Notes: a model not told the origin generated them from the sequence alone. A DNA stretch of 32,000 nt from Candidatus Electrothrix sp. GW3-4 (GCF_037902255.1 NZ_CP147990.1:2220001-2252000); one strand, 5' to 3'; shown: positions 15,479 through 23,585, numbered from the stretch's first letter. Made by a program: numbers and translations.

Positions 15479-16849
15479 TTACAACTCCTCTGAACTCCGT
15501 TCAACCCGAGTCACCTCACACTCCAACCGCCCCTTATGGAGCAAGACCTCAATGGGATCTCCAACCTGAACCTGATCTGCTGCGGTGATCACGGTTTGGC
15601 GAGGACCAGTACCTTTTCGGGCCACGGCATAGCCGCGTGCCAGGGTGGATAAGGGACTCACCGCCTCCAGCACCCCTGCGGCTCGAGCAAGTTCCTGCTC
15701 CTTATCGCTGATGAGGTGGATACCGATCTGGTGCAGCCGGTGCTGCATCTCCTCAATGCGCTGCTGATAGAGATTCAGGACCAGTAAGGGGTTATTCCGT
15801 TTGAGCCGGTTTTCCACCCGGTCCAGGCGGGCCTGAAGGGCTGCCAGATTGGCCCGCATGGCATGTTCCATGTTTTCCGCCATATGATCCAGGCGAAGCA
15901 GCAGGGTATCCACCGGTTGGGCCGCACCAGACAGCTTATGCCGATAGAGGATGATCCGCTCCTGAAAGCGCTCCAATTGCCCCTGCATGGTGCGGTGGAG
16001 CCTGCGGGCCTGATCCACCAGATGCTCGCGCAGGGCCTGACCGTCCGGCAGCAGCATCTCAGCGGCCCCGCTGGGGGTGGGGGCACGGAGATCGGCCACC
16101 AGATCGGCAATGGTGAAGTCGATCTCATGGCCCACCGCGCTGACCACCGGGATGGTTGAGCTGCGGATCTCCCGCGCCAGCGCCTCGTTGTTAAAGGCCT
16201 GGAGGTCCTCGGTAGAACCACCGCCCCGGCAGAGGACAATGGCATCCGCTGCCAGTCGACCTGCCTCCTGCAGGAGATTAATCTCCGACACAGCCTGACG
16301 CAGTTCTTTTGCCGCCTGCTCGCCCTGCACTGCTGCCGGATAGACCGAGATCCGTACCTGGGGGTATCTCTTGTGGGCAATGCGGATGAAATCATGGACC
16401 GCAGCACCCGAGGGTGAGGTCACCAGGACAAGGTGCTCTGGCAGGGGTGGGATCGGCCTTTTCAGCTCCTGATCAAAGAGCCCTTCAGCGGCCAGCCGTT
16501 TTTTCAGCTGCTCAAAGGCGAGCTGCAAGGCCCCTTCCCCGTGGTAATCCAGACTGTCGATGATGAGCTGGTAGTCGCCCCTGGGCTCGTAGACCGAGAC
16601 CCTGCCCAGACAGACCACCATGTCGCCGTCCTTGGGCGGCTGAACCAGGTAGCGTTGCTGCATCTTGAACAACACGGCCTTGATCTGGGCCTGCTCGTCT
16701 TTGAGGGTGAAGTAGATATGGCCGGAGCCCGGTCGCCGCAGGCCGGAGATCTCACCGGCCACGCTGATAAAGGCAAAGCGGCCCTCCAGCATGGCCTTGA
16801 TGGAGCGGGTCAGCTCAGAGACGCTGAAGATCTTTTGTTGACTCAACAC
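15479..16849 (-). CDS. xseA: Exodeoxyribonuclease VII large subunit
   Basis: 456-aa ORF. The N-terminal OB region FISVAGEISGLRRPGSGHIYFTLKDEQAQIKAVLF parallels E. coli XseA [33 protein letters not shown]. A central catalytic region and a long C-terminal coiled coil follow. The GTG start overlaps the upstream stop. Confidence 0.92.
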   Translation of the reverse strand: MLSQQKIFSVSELTRSIKAMLEGRFAFISVAGEISGLRRPGSGHIYFTLKDEQAQIKAVLFKMQQRYLVQPPKDGDMVVCLGRVSVYEPRGDYQLIIDSLDYHGEGALQLAFEQLKKRLAAEGLFDQELKRPIPPLPEHLVLVTSPSGAAVHDFIRIAHKRYPQVRISVYPAAVQGEQAAKELRQAVSEINLLQEAGRLAADAIVLCRGGGSTEDLQAFNNEALAREIRSSTIPVVSAVGHEIDFTIADLVADLRAPTPSGAAEMLLPDGQALREHLVDQARRLHRTMQGQLERFQERIILYRHKLSGAAQPVDTLLLRLDHMAENMEHAMRANLAALQARLDRVENRLKRNNPLLVLNLYQQRIEEMQHRLHQIGIHLISDKEQELARAAGVLEAVSPLSTLARGYAVARKGTGPRQTVITAADQVQVGDPIEVLLHKGRLECEVTRVERSSEEL

Positions 16850-18408
16850 CAGATCACCTCCACAGAGCGCCCGGACGCGGTGGTGCAGTCCTCGCGGGAG
16901 AGGCGTTCCTCCCAGGGGATGCTGCGCTGGTCCGGCCGCCGATCAAAGATGACCAGATGACAGGTATGGGGTGCGGTTTGATCGGCATAACGCTCAACCT
17001 GGACCAGGCCCTGGGCACGGGTCGCCTCCCGGCCCATGCGGGGATGGACCAGTTTGATCTCGATCAGGTTGCGACCACCGGCAAAACGGATCAACAGATC
17101 CATCCGGCCCCGGCCTGCGGCATACTCCCGATCCACCATGCCGCCGCCATTGATAATGCGCTGGAGAAAGGCCATGAGGAGGAGGTGGGGAAAGGCCTCG
17201 GTATAGTCGGCCTTTTCCTCCCAGATCTCGGAATTCCAGGCCCAGAAGCGCTGAAACTCGTCCATCAGGGCGTCCATATCCAGGGTGCCGTCAGGGCGCT
17301 GCCAGCTGAATTCCGGGACCGGGATATTGTCCTGATAATTCTGGCTGAGGTAGCGGGCAATGACTTCCCGGTAGATGGCATTAGCGATCACCAGCGAGCC
17401 CTCCCAGGCGATCAGGCCCAGGTCGAGACAAAACTCCACATCACGGTCAGAACGGCCCAAGGTCGGATCAGCATGCCCGATGATCATGGGTTGAATCACC
17501 CGACGCACCCGTTCTTCTTTAAGCCGTTCGCCCAGGGAATCAATATGGGTTGCCCGTGAGGCGACAAGCCGCTCCCGTGCCTGATCCACATGTTCCGGCT
17601 GTACAGCTGTCTGTGCGGCGGGAATGATCCGATAGACGATCTGCTCGCAGAGAGCATTGACCAGCCAGGGTTGACCAGAAGAACAGGCCCATATGCGTTC
17701 CAAAGCATCAGGCGTGAACTCCTGCCCGGTTGCTTGAGTATGCTGAGAAGTAAGAGCGGCGATGTCGGCCTGAGTAAAATTCGTCAGCGTGGCAGAATCA
17801 TGCTTGATGTTGAAGGGACTGCCCGGATTGAGTGCCTGCCCCCCTTTGCTGGTGACCAAATAATCCCGCAGGTCTCGCATGCCCACGAGGGCCACCGAGA
17901 CAGGGAAAATCCCGACACCCCGACCACTGAAGCCGTCACGCAGTTGGCGAAGAAAGCTGACCAAGGCGGGTCCTGAAACTACATCCACCTCGTCAAACAG
18001 GACGACCAGTTTTTTGGGAGCGGTCTGTTCTGCCCAGCGGCTCAAGATAACGGACAGGTAACTGCCCGGAGAGGCCTCCTGGGGATATTCGGGAACAGGC
18101 AGGTCCAAGGCTTTCGCCGATTTCTGGACAGCATCCACCATCAACGGCATGGCCTGGTCTCTTTCCGTAATTTCCTGGCAGCGTTCCAGGCTGACATAGC
18201 AGGCCACGGCCTCGGTTCCAGCGTTGATCTCGTGCATCCAGGACTGGAGAAAGGTGGTCTTGCCGGTCTGGCGGGGCGCATGCAGGACCCAGTACAGTTC
18301 ATCCCGGATGTAGCGATCCAGACTGGCCCCGATCAGGCGGTCTTTAGGCGGCAGCATGTAATGAAGCCGGGGGAAGCAGGGGCCGGTGGTGTTAAAGTAT
18401 TTTGGCAT
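16843..18408 (-). CDS. AAA-ATPase-like + C-terminal PD-(D/E)xK domain protein (uncharacterised 'FNTxGPC' ATPase family)
   Basis: 521-aa ORF. The N-terminus is MPKYFNTTGPCFPRLHYMLP. Walker A is HAPRQTGKTT and Walker B is LVVLFDEVD. The C-terminal GRGRMDLLIRFAGGRNLIEIKL is a D...E.K nuclease-fold signature. Confidence 0.75.
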   Translation of the reverse strand: MPKYFNTTGPCFPRLHYMLPPKDRLIGASLDRYIRDELYWVLHAPRQTGKTTFLQSWMHEINAGTEAVACYVSLERCQEITERDQAMPLMVDAVQKSAKALDLPVPEYPQEASPGSYLSVILSRWAEQTAPKKLVVLFDEVDVVSGPALVSFLRQLRDGFSGRGVGIFPVSVALVGMRDLRDYLVTSKGGQALNPGSPFNIKHDSATLTNFTQADIAALTSQHTQATGQEFTPDALERIWACSSGQPWLVNALCEQIVYRIIPAAQTAVQPEHVDQARERLVASRATHIDSLGERLKEERVRRVIQPMIIGHADPTLGRSDRDVEFCLDLGLIAWEGSLVIANAIYREVIARYLSQNYQDNIPVPEFSWQRPDGTLDMDALMDEFQRFWAWNSEIWEEKADYTEAFPHLLLMAFLQRIINGGGMVDREYAAGRGRMDLLIRFAGGRNLIEIKLVHPRMGREATRAQGLVQVERYADQTAPHTCHLVIFDRRPDQRSIPWEERLSREDCTTASGRSVEVIWC

Positions 18409-18422
18409 AATATTTTTCTACT

Positions 18423-18467
18423 CAGGGTGTTCCCTGGGCCGGTTAGATATTGCCCTGTTGGGCCATT
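18423..18467. repeat. Intergenic repeat family 'CAGGGTGTTCCCTG...GCCCTGTTGGG', copy 1
   Basis: cagggtgttccctgggccggttagatattgccctgttgggccatt aligns with 19770-19815 (cagggtgttcccctgagctggctaaatacagccctgttggggcatt). It begins with the hairpin CAGGG-tgtt-CCCTG. Confidence 0.7.
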
Positions 18468-18569
18468 ATTTTCCTGAAGGCACGGTTCCTGTTCGGCAGG
18501 CATACAGGGCGAAGGATTCCAAATCAAGGATTTTGAACCTGCATGTTACCCCGGCTTAAATTGGTCATC

Positions 18570-19466
18570 TTAAAACTCAATACCTGCTTGTTTCAATAAT
18601 TTTTCAAGCCTGGCTTTTTCCGCTTCAACTCTCTCTTTTTCCGCTTCTGCCTTTTCTTTTCCCTCTTCTGCTTTCCTTTTTTCCGCTTCCGCTTTCTCTT
18701 TTTCCGCCCTTTCGTAAGCTATGAGCCGCTCCTGAGTCGCTAATTCTTCTAAGATCTCATCCTCTATATTCATATCTTCACAAAGTTCTTTGCTGGCAGA
18801 AGCCTTGTGCAGCCGCCTGATGATGACCTTGAATTCCTCTGGAAACGAGGATTCCAGTACATCAAGAAAATGGTTACTCTCTTTGCTGGCATTGCTCTGA
18901 TCAAAGATACTCAACAGTGTTTCCAATTTATTACGATGTTTTTTACGCAACCTCCTCACCTGGATGATATAACTGTCGTGGGTGAGACTTTCTATAAACT
19001 CTTCTTTCCGGGTCAGCTTCTCCTTGGTGGCATGGTCGTAATAATCTCTTTTCACGTGGATAACCGGGCTGTCATTATACTCCAGGTTATGCCCGAGTAT
19101 ATAAATACTTATAATGGGAAGCGCCTTCTTTTTCTGCGTCTTCTCATCCAGATGGATGTTGGAGTCTTCCTGATACTGTTTGCCGAGATATTTACGAAAC
19201 CGGGTTATATCAGTGGGAAATTTAGCCTTTTGCAACTCAATGAGAACCAGCCTACTGCTGCCGTCTGGCTCCCGTATTTTTGCTGCGAAATCAATCCGCA
19301 ATACTGTCAGGCCGCCGTCAGGAAGTTTTCTGTTCAACTCGGTAAAGGCGAAATCAAGGGATTCTATCTCCTGTTCAATGATGTTTGATATGACCAGTTT
19401 GGCAACTCGCATATCCTGCATCAGATATTTGAACACGACATCGTAGAGGGGATTTGCGACTTTCAT
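18570..19466 (-). CDS. PD-(D/E)xK nuclease family transposase-like protein (Rpn/YhgA-like, PDDEXK_2-type)
   Basis: I prefer ATG at 19466 (MKVANPLYDVVFKYLM...) with GAGGAA 7 nt upstream. Core segments are VLRIDFAAKI...RLVLIELQKAKF...RFRKYLG. The C-terminal K/E-rich coiled coil is KEKAEAEKRKAEEGKEKAEAEKERVEAEKARLEKLL. Confidence 0.7.
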   Translation of the reverse strand: MKVANPLYDVVFKYLMQDMRVAKLVISNIIEQEIESLDFAFTELNRKLPDGGLTVLRIDFAAKIREPDGSSRLVLIELQKAKFPTDITRFRKYLGKQYQEDSNIHLDEKTQKKKALPIISIYILGHNLEYNDSPVIHVKRDYYDHATKEKLTRKEEFIESLTHDSYIIQVRRLRKKHRNKLETLLSIFDQSNASKESNHFLDVLESSFPEEFKVIIRRLHKASASKELCEDMNIEDEILEELATQERLIAYERAEKEKAEAEKRKAEEGKEKAEAEKERVEAEKARLEKLLKQAGIEF

Positions 19467-19539
19467 TGTTTTATTCCTCGTTCCTGATGGAAACGGCATG
19501 AATGTGTTGCGTGCCCAGGGTATTACCCTGAGCTGGTTT

Positions 19540-19618
19540 GTAGGGGCGCACCTGTGTGTGCGCCCGGACTTTTATCGTGGATAATGAAGGAGGGCAGACA
19601 CAGAGGTCTGCGCCCTAC
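19540..19618. repeat. Nested double-hairpin element enclosed by an outer helix
   Basis: The outer helix pairs tgtaggggcg with cgccctaca (one bulged G). Inner hairpin 1 is GGGCGCAC-ctgtgt-GTGCGCCC (19544-19565). Inner hairpin 2 is GCAGAC-acagag-GTCTGC (19594-19611). A partial copy of the CAGGGT.. repeat immediately precedes it at 19516-19539. Confidence 0.65.
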
Positions 19619-19639
19619 AACAAATCCGGGGGATTTCAT

Positions 19640-19755
19640 ACCCTGAAAGGGTTATCCCTCCCCAGCGATAAATCACCGGGCTATGATCGAATGTCCCTCC
19701 GGGACAAGAGTCCCGAAGGGACGGCGGAAAATAGCCCGCTGTTTTAACGGCGGGC
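19640..19755. repeat. String of short GC-stem hairpins (source of spurious 'PSGT / SLRD / KSPGY' ORFs)
   Basis: The hairpins are accct-gaa-agggt (19640-19652), gtccc-tcc-gggac (19693-19705), gtccc-gaa-gggac (19710-19722) and gcccgc-tgttttaacg-gcgggc (19734-19755). Track ORFs on both strands translate this stretch into low-plausibility peptides. Confidence 0.6.
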
Positions 19756-19769
19756 AACTTCAGGTTACC

Positions 19770-19815
19770 CAGGGTGTTCCCCTGAGCTGGCTAAATACAG
19801 CCCTGTTGGGGCATT
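19770..19815. repeat. Intergenic repeat family 'CAGGGTGTTCCCTG...GCCCTGTTGGG', copy 2
   Basis: See 18423-18467. The two copies are in the same orientation and about 1.35 kb apart, flanking the Rpn-like gene. Confidence 0.7.
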
Positions 19816-20209
19816 GGTGCTTTCGTCATGATCGCAGAGGCATATCAATTTCCTTACCGGATCTTCCGAGTAGCCACAAAGGAGACTGTTGCAGAGGCAG
19901 AGGAGCATGTCTCAATGGCTCAGCAAAGGGGAATACCAAGGGAGCAGGCCTGCGATGCGGTTGTGCAGGGTGGCAAAACAACAAAGGAGTGCTCCTGAAT
20001 GATTTTTCTTTGCTCCTCTGTCGTTTTTCAGGGCTATTTTGCCGTCTTTCTGCGCTCCTTTATTGCCTTTGCTCCGCTATTTCGTTATTTTTCCTGGCTG
20101 TGCAACGGAAGGACAAAGGCCCCATTGCTTTTGCGGGACTTAAGGCATCTTTTAACCACCTGCTCGTCGCTCGCGCGGTCTGAACGCTGTTCAGTCATGC
20201 TTCCCTTGC

Positions 20210-21841
20210 CTACCGGCCCTGCTGAACAGGGAGAACAAGCCGGAAGCCCAGATTAGGACCGTAGTCATCAGGCATGTACCTGTTCCGGTACGCCGAGCGC
20301 ACGCTCTCGGGCCCGAAGTTCCAACTACCACCGCGAACCACGCGGAACGAGCCGGAAGAAGGACCGGTCGGATTATCCTTCGGAATTGTCCCATAATAAT
20401 CATTAGCGTACCAATCCCCACACCATTCACAAACATTGCCGCTCATGTCATACAATCCAAAGGTATTGGCTTTCTTTTCTCCCACCGGACGAGTGCTGTC
20501 TCCGCTGTTGCCATAATACCAGGCCACAGCATCCGAGTTGTCTCCGCCACTGTATTTGTACGCAGTCCCTGCACGAGCGGCGTACTCCCATTCCGCCTCG
20601 GTGGGCAGACGATACTTTCTGCCGGACTTGTTGTTCAGCTCAGCAATGCCCCCCTGCACATCCTCCCAAGACACCTGCTCCACTGGATACTTATCCCCTT
20701 TTTTGAATTTGGCCGGGTTCTCGCCCATAATCTTCTGCCATTGCCCCTGAGTGACCTCATATTTCCCCATCCAAAAGCCATCCACACAAACCTCATGTAC
20801 TGGCTTCTCATCATCATATCCACTTTTATTTGAACCCATCTGAAAACAGCCCTTAGGAATAGAGACAAACTCCATGTCGGTGATCGGGTCAGTTATAGTG
20901 TCGCCCTGCTGCGGTACGGAAAAACGAACTGGTTCAACTTTCCCACTACGTTGCCCCACAGACTGTCCATTATTCCCCCGCCTCGCAAAATCTCCTCTCC
21001 CACGTTTTTCCGCCTGTACAAGCAAGGGAGGCTCAGTCTGATTCTGCAATACCTTAGGCACAAAAATAAAATCTCCCTGCTCAACATCCTGCCCGGCCTT
21101 TCTGATGTCCCCATACAACGGAGTCTGATCCGCCTTGAGCGCAACGGGACGTTTGATCAAATCGAACAGACTATCACCCTCCAAAAGCTCCCGGTTCTTC
21201 CTCAACACCTCCAGAAACACCCAGGCAAAAACAGAATGACCGCTGCCGCCGGAGTCCAACACTGGCTCTTCTCCACCCGAGGTCAGGGCAGTGCGGGAGC
21301 GCCGCTGCAACATCCGCTGAAGGAATCGGTCCCGGCTCATGCCAGCAGCCAATTTCGCCCCGGAATCCCGTAACAGGCTGCCGGAATAACAGGAATCTGC
21401 CACCACAAGTACATGTCTTACCCGAATAGCCCTGAGCGTGTCTGTAATTCGCGAGGTGGGAACCCAGTACAACTCACTGTTCCTTTGCGCATTCACAGGT
21501 TGCCAGTAATCGACCCCGGTTGTTTTATCAAGAAATCCATGCCCAGCATAATAGATGAGCAGACTGTCCTCTTCCCCGGTCATAGTTCTGCGCAAGTCAT
21601 AAACCGCTTTCTCAAGCTGGTCCCTGTCCGGGTTCAAAACCAACTGTACGGTAAAGCCGTACTGCTCCTTTAACAGCCCAGCCACCGCCTTTGCATCCGC
21701 TATCGGGGTCTTCAAAGGTGTTAGGTGTTGATATTTCTCAATACCGATCACCAAGGCATGAAAATCTCCATAAGGAGAAGCGGCCTGTACCGGAACCGTG
21801 ATTGCCAGAACGAGCAGAATATACAAAAATCTTGTCAGCAT
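20210..21841 (-). CDS. Exported caspase-like (peptidase C14) + FGE-sulfatase/SUMF1-domain fusion protein
   Basis: 543-aa ORF with signal peptide MLTRFLYILLVLAITVPVQA/AS. The caspase His and Cys motifs are LLIYYAGHG and LVVADSCYSG. C-terminal FGE-type motifs are RLPTEAEWEYAARAG, GNVCEWCGDWY, RVVRGGSW and LGFRLV. Confidence 0.88.
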   Translation of the reverse strand: MLTRFLYILLVLAITVPVQAASPYGDFHALVIGIEKYQHLTPLKTPIADAKAVAGLLKEQYGFTVQLVLNPDRDQLEKAVYDLRRTMTGEEDSLLIYYAGHGFLDKTTGVDYWQPVNAQRNSELYWVPTSRITDTLRAIRVRHVLVVADSCYSGSLLRDSGAKLAAGMSRDRFLQRMLQRRSRTALTSGGEEPVLDSGGSGHSVFAWVFLEVLRKNRELLEGDSLFDLIKRPVALKADQTPLYGDIRKAGQDVEQGDFIFVPKVLQNQTEPPLLVQAEKRGRGDFARRGNNGQSVGQRSGKVEPVRFSVPQQGDTITDPITDMEFVSIPKGCFQMGSNKSGYDDEKPVHEVCVDGFWMGKYEVTQGQWQKIMGENPAKFKKGDKYPVEQVSWEDVQGGIAELNNKSGRKYRLPTEAEWEYAARAGTAYKYSGGDNSDAVAWYYGNSGDSTRPVGEKKANTFGLYDMSGNVCEWCGDWYANDYYGTIPKDNPTGPSSGSFRVVRGGSWNFGPESVRSAYRNRYMPDDYGPNLGFRLVLPVQQGR

Positions 21842-21843
21842 AC

Positions 21844-22527
21844 TTACTCTCCTAGTCTGCCTGCCTTTTGCCGCAGTCTTGCCAATTCAGCACGGGCATC
21901 CGCTGCATCCTGCACCTTTCCGTCTGCTTCCAGCAAGTCTGCAAACAAGGTCAAATTCGCGGCCTTGTCGATCTCCGACCCGTACAGATAGGCCAATCGC
22001 GCCATTGCCAGGGCCTCACCGATTCGCCCTTCCTCCTTCCACGCCCTGGCGATATTCGCCAAAGATTCGGCTGCTTCTTCCCGAATCAGGTCAGATTTGT
22101 CCAACACTCCCCATTCCTCAAGAGATGCTTTGCTCCCAACTTTCAGATCAGCTCCTTCCTGACGCAACGCTCCATCAAGATGAATATTCTCATCACGGCG
22201 AACCTCTGCTTTACTCGTCGTTTTTTCACCCGCAGCTGTTTTCTCATGAACATTCTCTGTCTTCATCTCCGGCGGTCCCTGCCACAGCATAATCCCGATC
22301 AACACCGTGCCGAACAGGGCAAAGTAGGCACCGGGCCAGAAATCCGTCAATCGCAAGGTAAATAGACTCGACTCGACCTCCGCCGAAGCAGTCCCTACCC
22401 CGGAACGGGCAAGCTCAGCAGGACGATTGAACAAACGAAATCCCAAATAGATAGAAAGCGCACCAATAGCCAACACGCTCAGACGATAGACAGTAACATA
22501 GAGCAAGAACTCAGTGGAATTGGACAT
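21844..22527 (-). CDS. Two-TM membrane protein with helical TPR-like C-terminal domain
   Basis: 227-aa ORF. The TM segments are LSVLAIGALSIYLGFRLF and GAYFALFGTVLIGIMLW. The C-terminal helical repeat-like region is EEAAESLANIARAWKEEGRIGEALAMARLAYLYG...DAADARAELARLRQKAG. Its stop lies 2 nt before the caspase ATG, and its own ATG lies 2 nt after the upstream stop. Confidence 0.7.
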   Translation of the reverse strand: MSNSTEFLLYVTVYRLSVLAIGALSIYLGFRLFNRPAELARSGVGTASAEVESSLFTLRLTDFWPGAYFALFGTVLIGIMLWQGPPEMKTENVHEKTAAGEKTTSKAEVRRDENIHLDGALRQEGADLKVGSKASLEEWGVLDKSDLIREEAAESLANIARAWKEEGRIGEALAMARLAYLYGSEIDKAANLTLFADLLEADGKVQDAADARAELARLRQKAGRLGE

Positions 22528-22529
22528 AC

Positions 22530-23585
22530 CTACCGCCCGCCCCCCATCTCCCGATAGACCAGCAACGGAGACACCAGCACCCTGGGATAGCGGCAGGTGC
22601 GCACCATCTGCTCAAAGCTCTCAAAGCCACGAAAGACACTGCGGAAGCCCCGCTCCACGGCCTCTTTGCTCGATAAATCGCCGCTCAAAAACTCCTGATG
22701 CGGGTTAAAGGCCGCATCCTCCGGGTTGGGCACCGAGCTGACAATACCCAACATGGTCACCTCCTCGGTGGGGACCGAACCGTAGGTGAAATGAAAGGCA
22801 GAGACATCCATATCAAAGAAGTTCTCCTGCTTCAGATGGCCAAAAACCTGCACGGCCATCTGCTCCTGGTCTGGATAGACCCGCAGGTTGATGATGCCGG
22901 AAATAAAGGTATCAATCCAGGTCCTGAGCCCGTCTAAGATCCACGGCTCAACCACTCCGGCCTTGGTATGGTTCTCCAGCAGATCTTGCAGCTTTTTCTT
23001 CTGCTCCTTGAGCGGTGCCTGCTGAATATTACGGGCATTGCGGTCCTTGATCTTGGCGATCTCTGCCTCCCGGACCTTGATCTGCTCCACCAGCTCCTTA
23101 TAGGCCTCTGTGCTCTTCACTGCTGCCTTATTGCTCTCATTGATCAAGGCAGCAATATCTGGAAAGGCCTCAGAAATCTTCCTCATCCGCTCGTAATGCT
23201 CAAGCACGCAGCGCCCGGTCACCTTGACACAGAAGGTATCTTTTAAGGTCTTGCGGAATTCCTTGTCCTGGATCTGCTCCGCCATCTTCTTACCAGAAAG
23301 TTCGACCAACTGCCCCTGATTGACCAGTTCTTGTTCCAGCTCCTGAAACAGGAGATGATGGGGCTTGACCTGTTCCTGTGCCCCCTGCCCTTCCTGGGCC
23401 GCACTGCCGGAATCGCCTTTAAAGATCTTAAAGTCGTATTTCTTTTTGCTCTCCGCCGGATTAACAGTGGCATAGGTAGCATCCCCGGCAGAGACAACCG
23501 CTCCGGTGAGCTGGTTGTACACGGAAAGAATCTTCTTGGTGTCTACATAGAGATAATCACAAAGGGACAGGTTCTTCTTTTTCAT
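22530..23585 (-). CDS. Hypothetical cytoplasmic protein with central coiled coil, no recognisable domain (first gene of the caspase operon)
   Basis: I prefer ATG at 23585 (MKKKNLSLCDYLYVDTKKILSVYNQL...) with AAAGGA 6 nt upstream; the track start at 23654 is TTG. It has no signal peptide or TM segment. The central coiled coil is EAYKELVEQIKVREAEIAKIKDRNARNIQQAPLKEQKKKLQDLLE. The C-terminal part looks beta-rich. Confidence 0.65.
   Translation of the reverse strand: MKKKNLSLCDYLYVDTKKILSVYNQLTGAVVSAGDATYATVNPAESKKKYDFKIFKGDSGSAAQEGQGAQEQVKPHHLLFQELEQELVNQGQLVELSGKKMAEQIQDKEFRKTLKDTFCVKVTGRCVLEHYERMRKISEAFPDIAALINESNKAAVKSTEAYKELVEQIKVREAEIAKIKDRNARNIQQAPLKEQKKKLQDLLENHTKAGVVEPWILDGLRTWIDTFISGIINLRVYPDQEQMAVQVFGHLKQENFFDMDVSAFHFTYGSVPTEEVTMLGIVSSVPNPEDAAFNPHQEFLSGDLSSKEAVERGFRSVFRGFESFEQMVRTCRYPRVLVSPLLVYREMGGGR

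Noticed and set aside
15048-15504. 118-aa (+), 80-aa (-) and 66-aa (-) ORFs in the xseA / secreted-protein spacer
   Set aside because: They mutually overlap on both strands and have no SDs or recognisable motifs. None resembles XseB, which would be the expected small gene after xseA.
15775-16960. Alternative-frame and antisense ORFs (210, 175, 98, 90 and 73 aa) within xseA
   Set aside because: These are typical stop-poor shadow frames in a GC-rich gene with Arg/Pro/Ser/Ala-rich translations. The xseA frame aligns with E. coli XseA.
16957-18061. Plus-strand ORFs (200, 128 and 60 aa) opposite the AAA-ATPase gene
   Set aside because: They are antisense to a frame with Walker A/B and PD-(D/E)xK motifs, and they contain no motifs of their own.
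19683-20256. 166-aa and 85-aa plus-strand ORFs, and a 56-aa ORF at 19828-19998
   Set aside because: The two long ORFs run through hairpin repeats and a pyrimidine-rich tract. They have Cys/Arg/Gly/Leu-rich implausible translations and no SD. The 56-aa ORF (MIAEAYQFPYRIFRVATKE...) also lacks an SD and any recognisable motif.
20210-20420. Possible diversity-generating retroelement variable region at the 3' end of the FGE-domain gene
   Set aside because: FGE/CLec-fold C-termini are common DGR targets. However, I find no template-repeat copy of this segment in the about 700 bp downstream or elsewhere in the window. There is no reverse transcriptase, no Avd-like ORF, and no excess of AAC/Asn codons in the terminal ...RGGSWNFGPESVRSAYRNRYMPDDYGPNLGFRLV.
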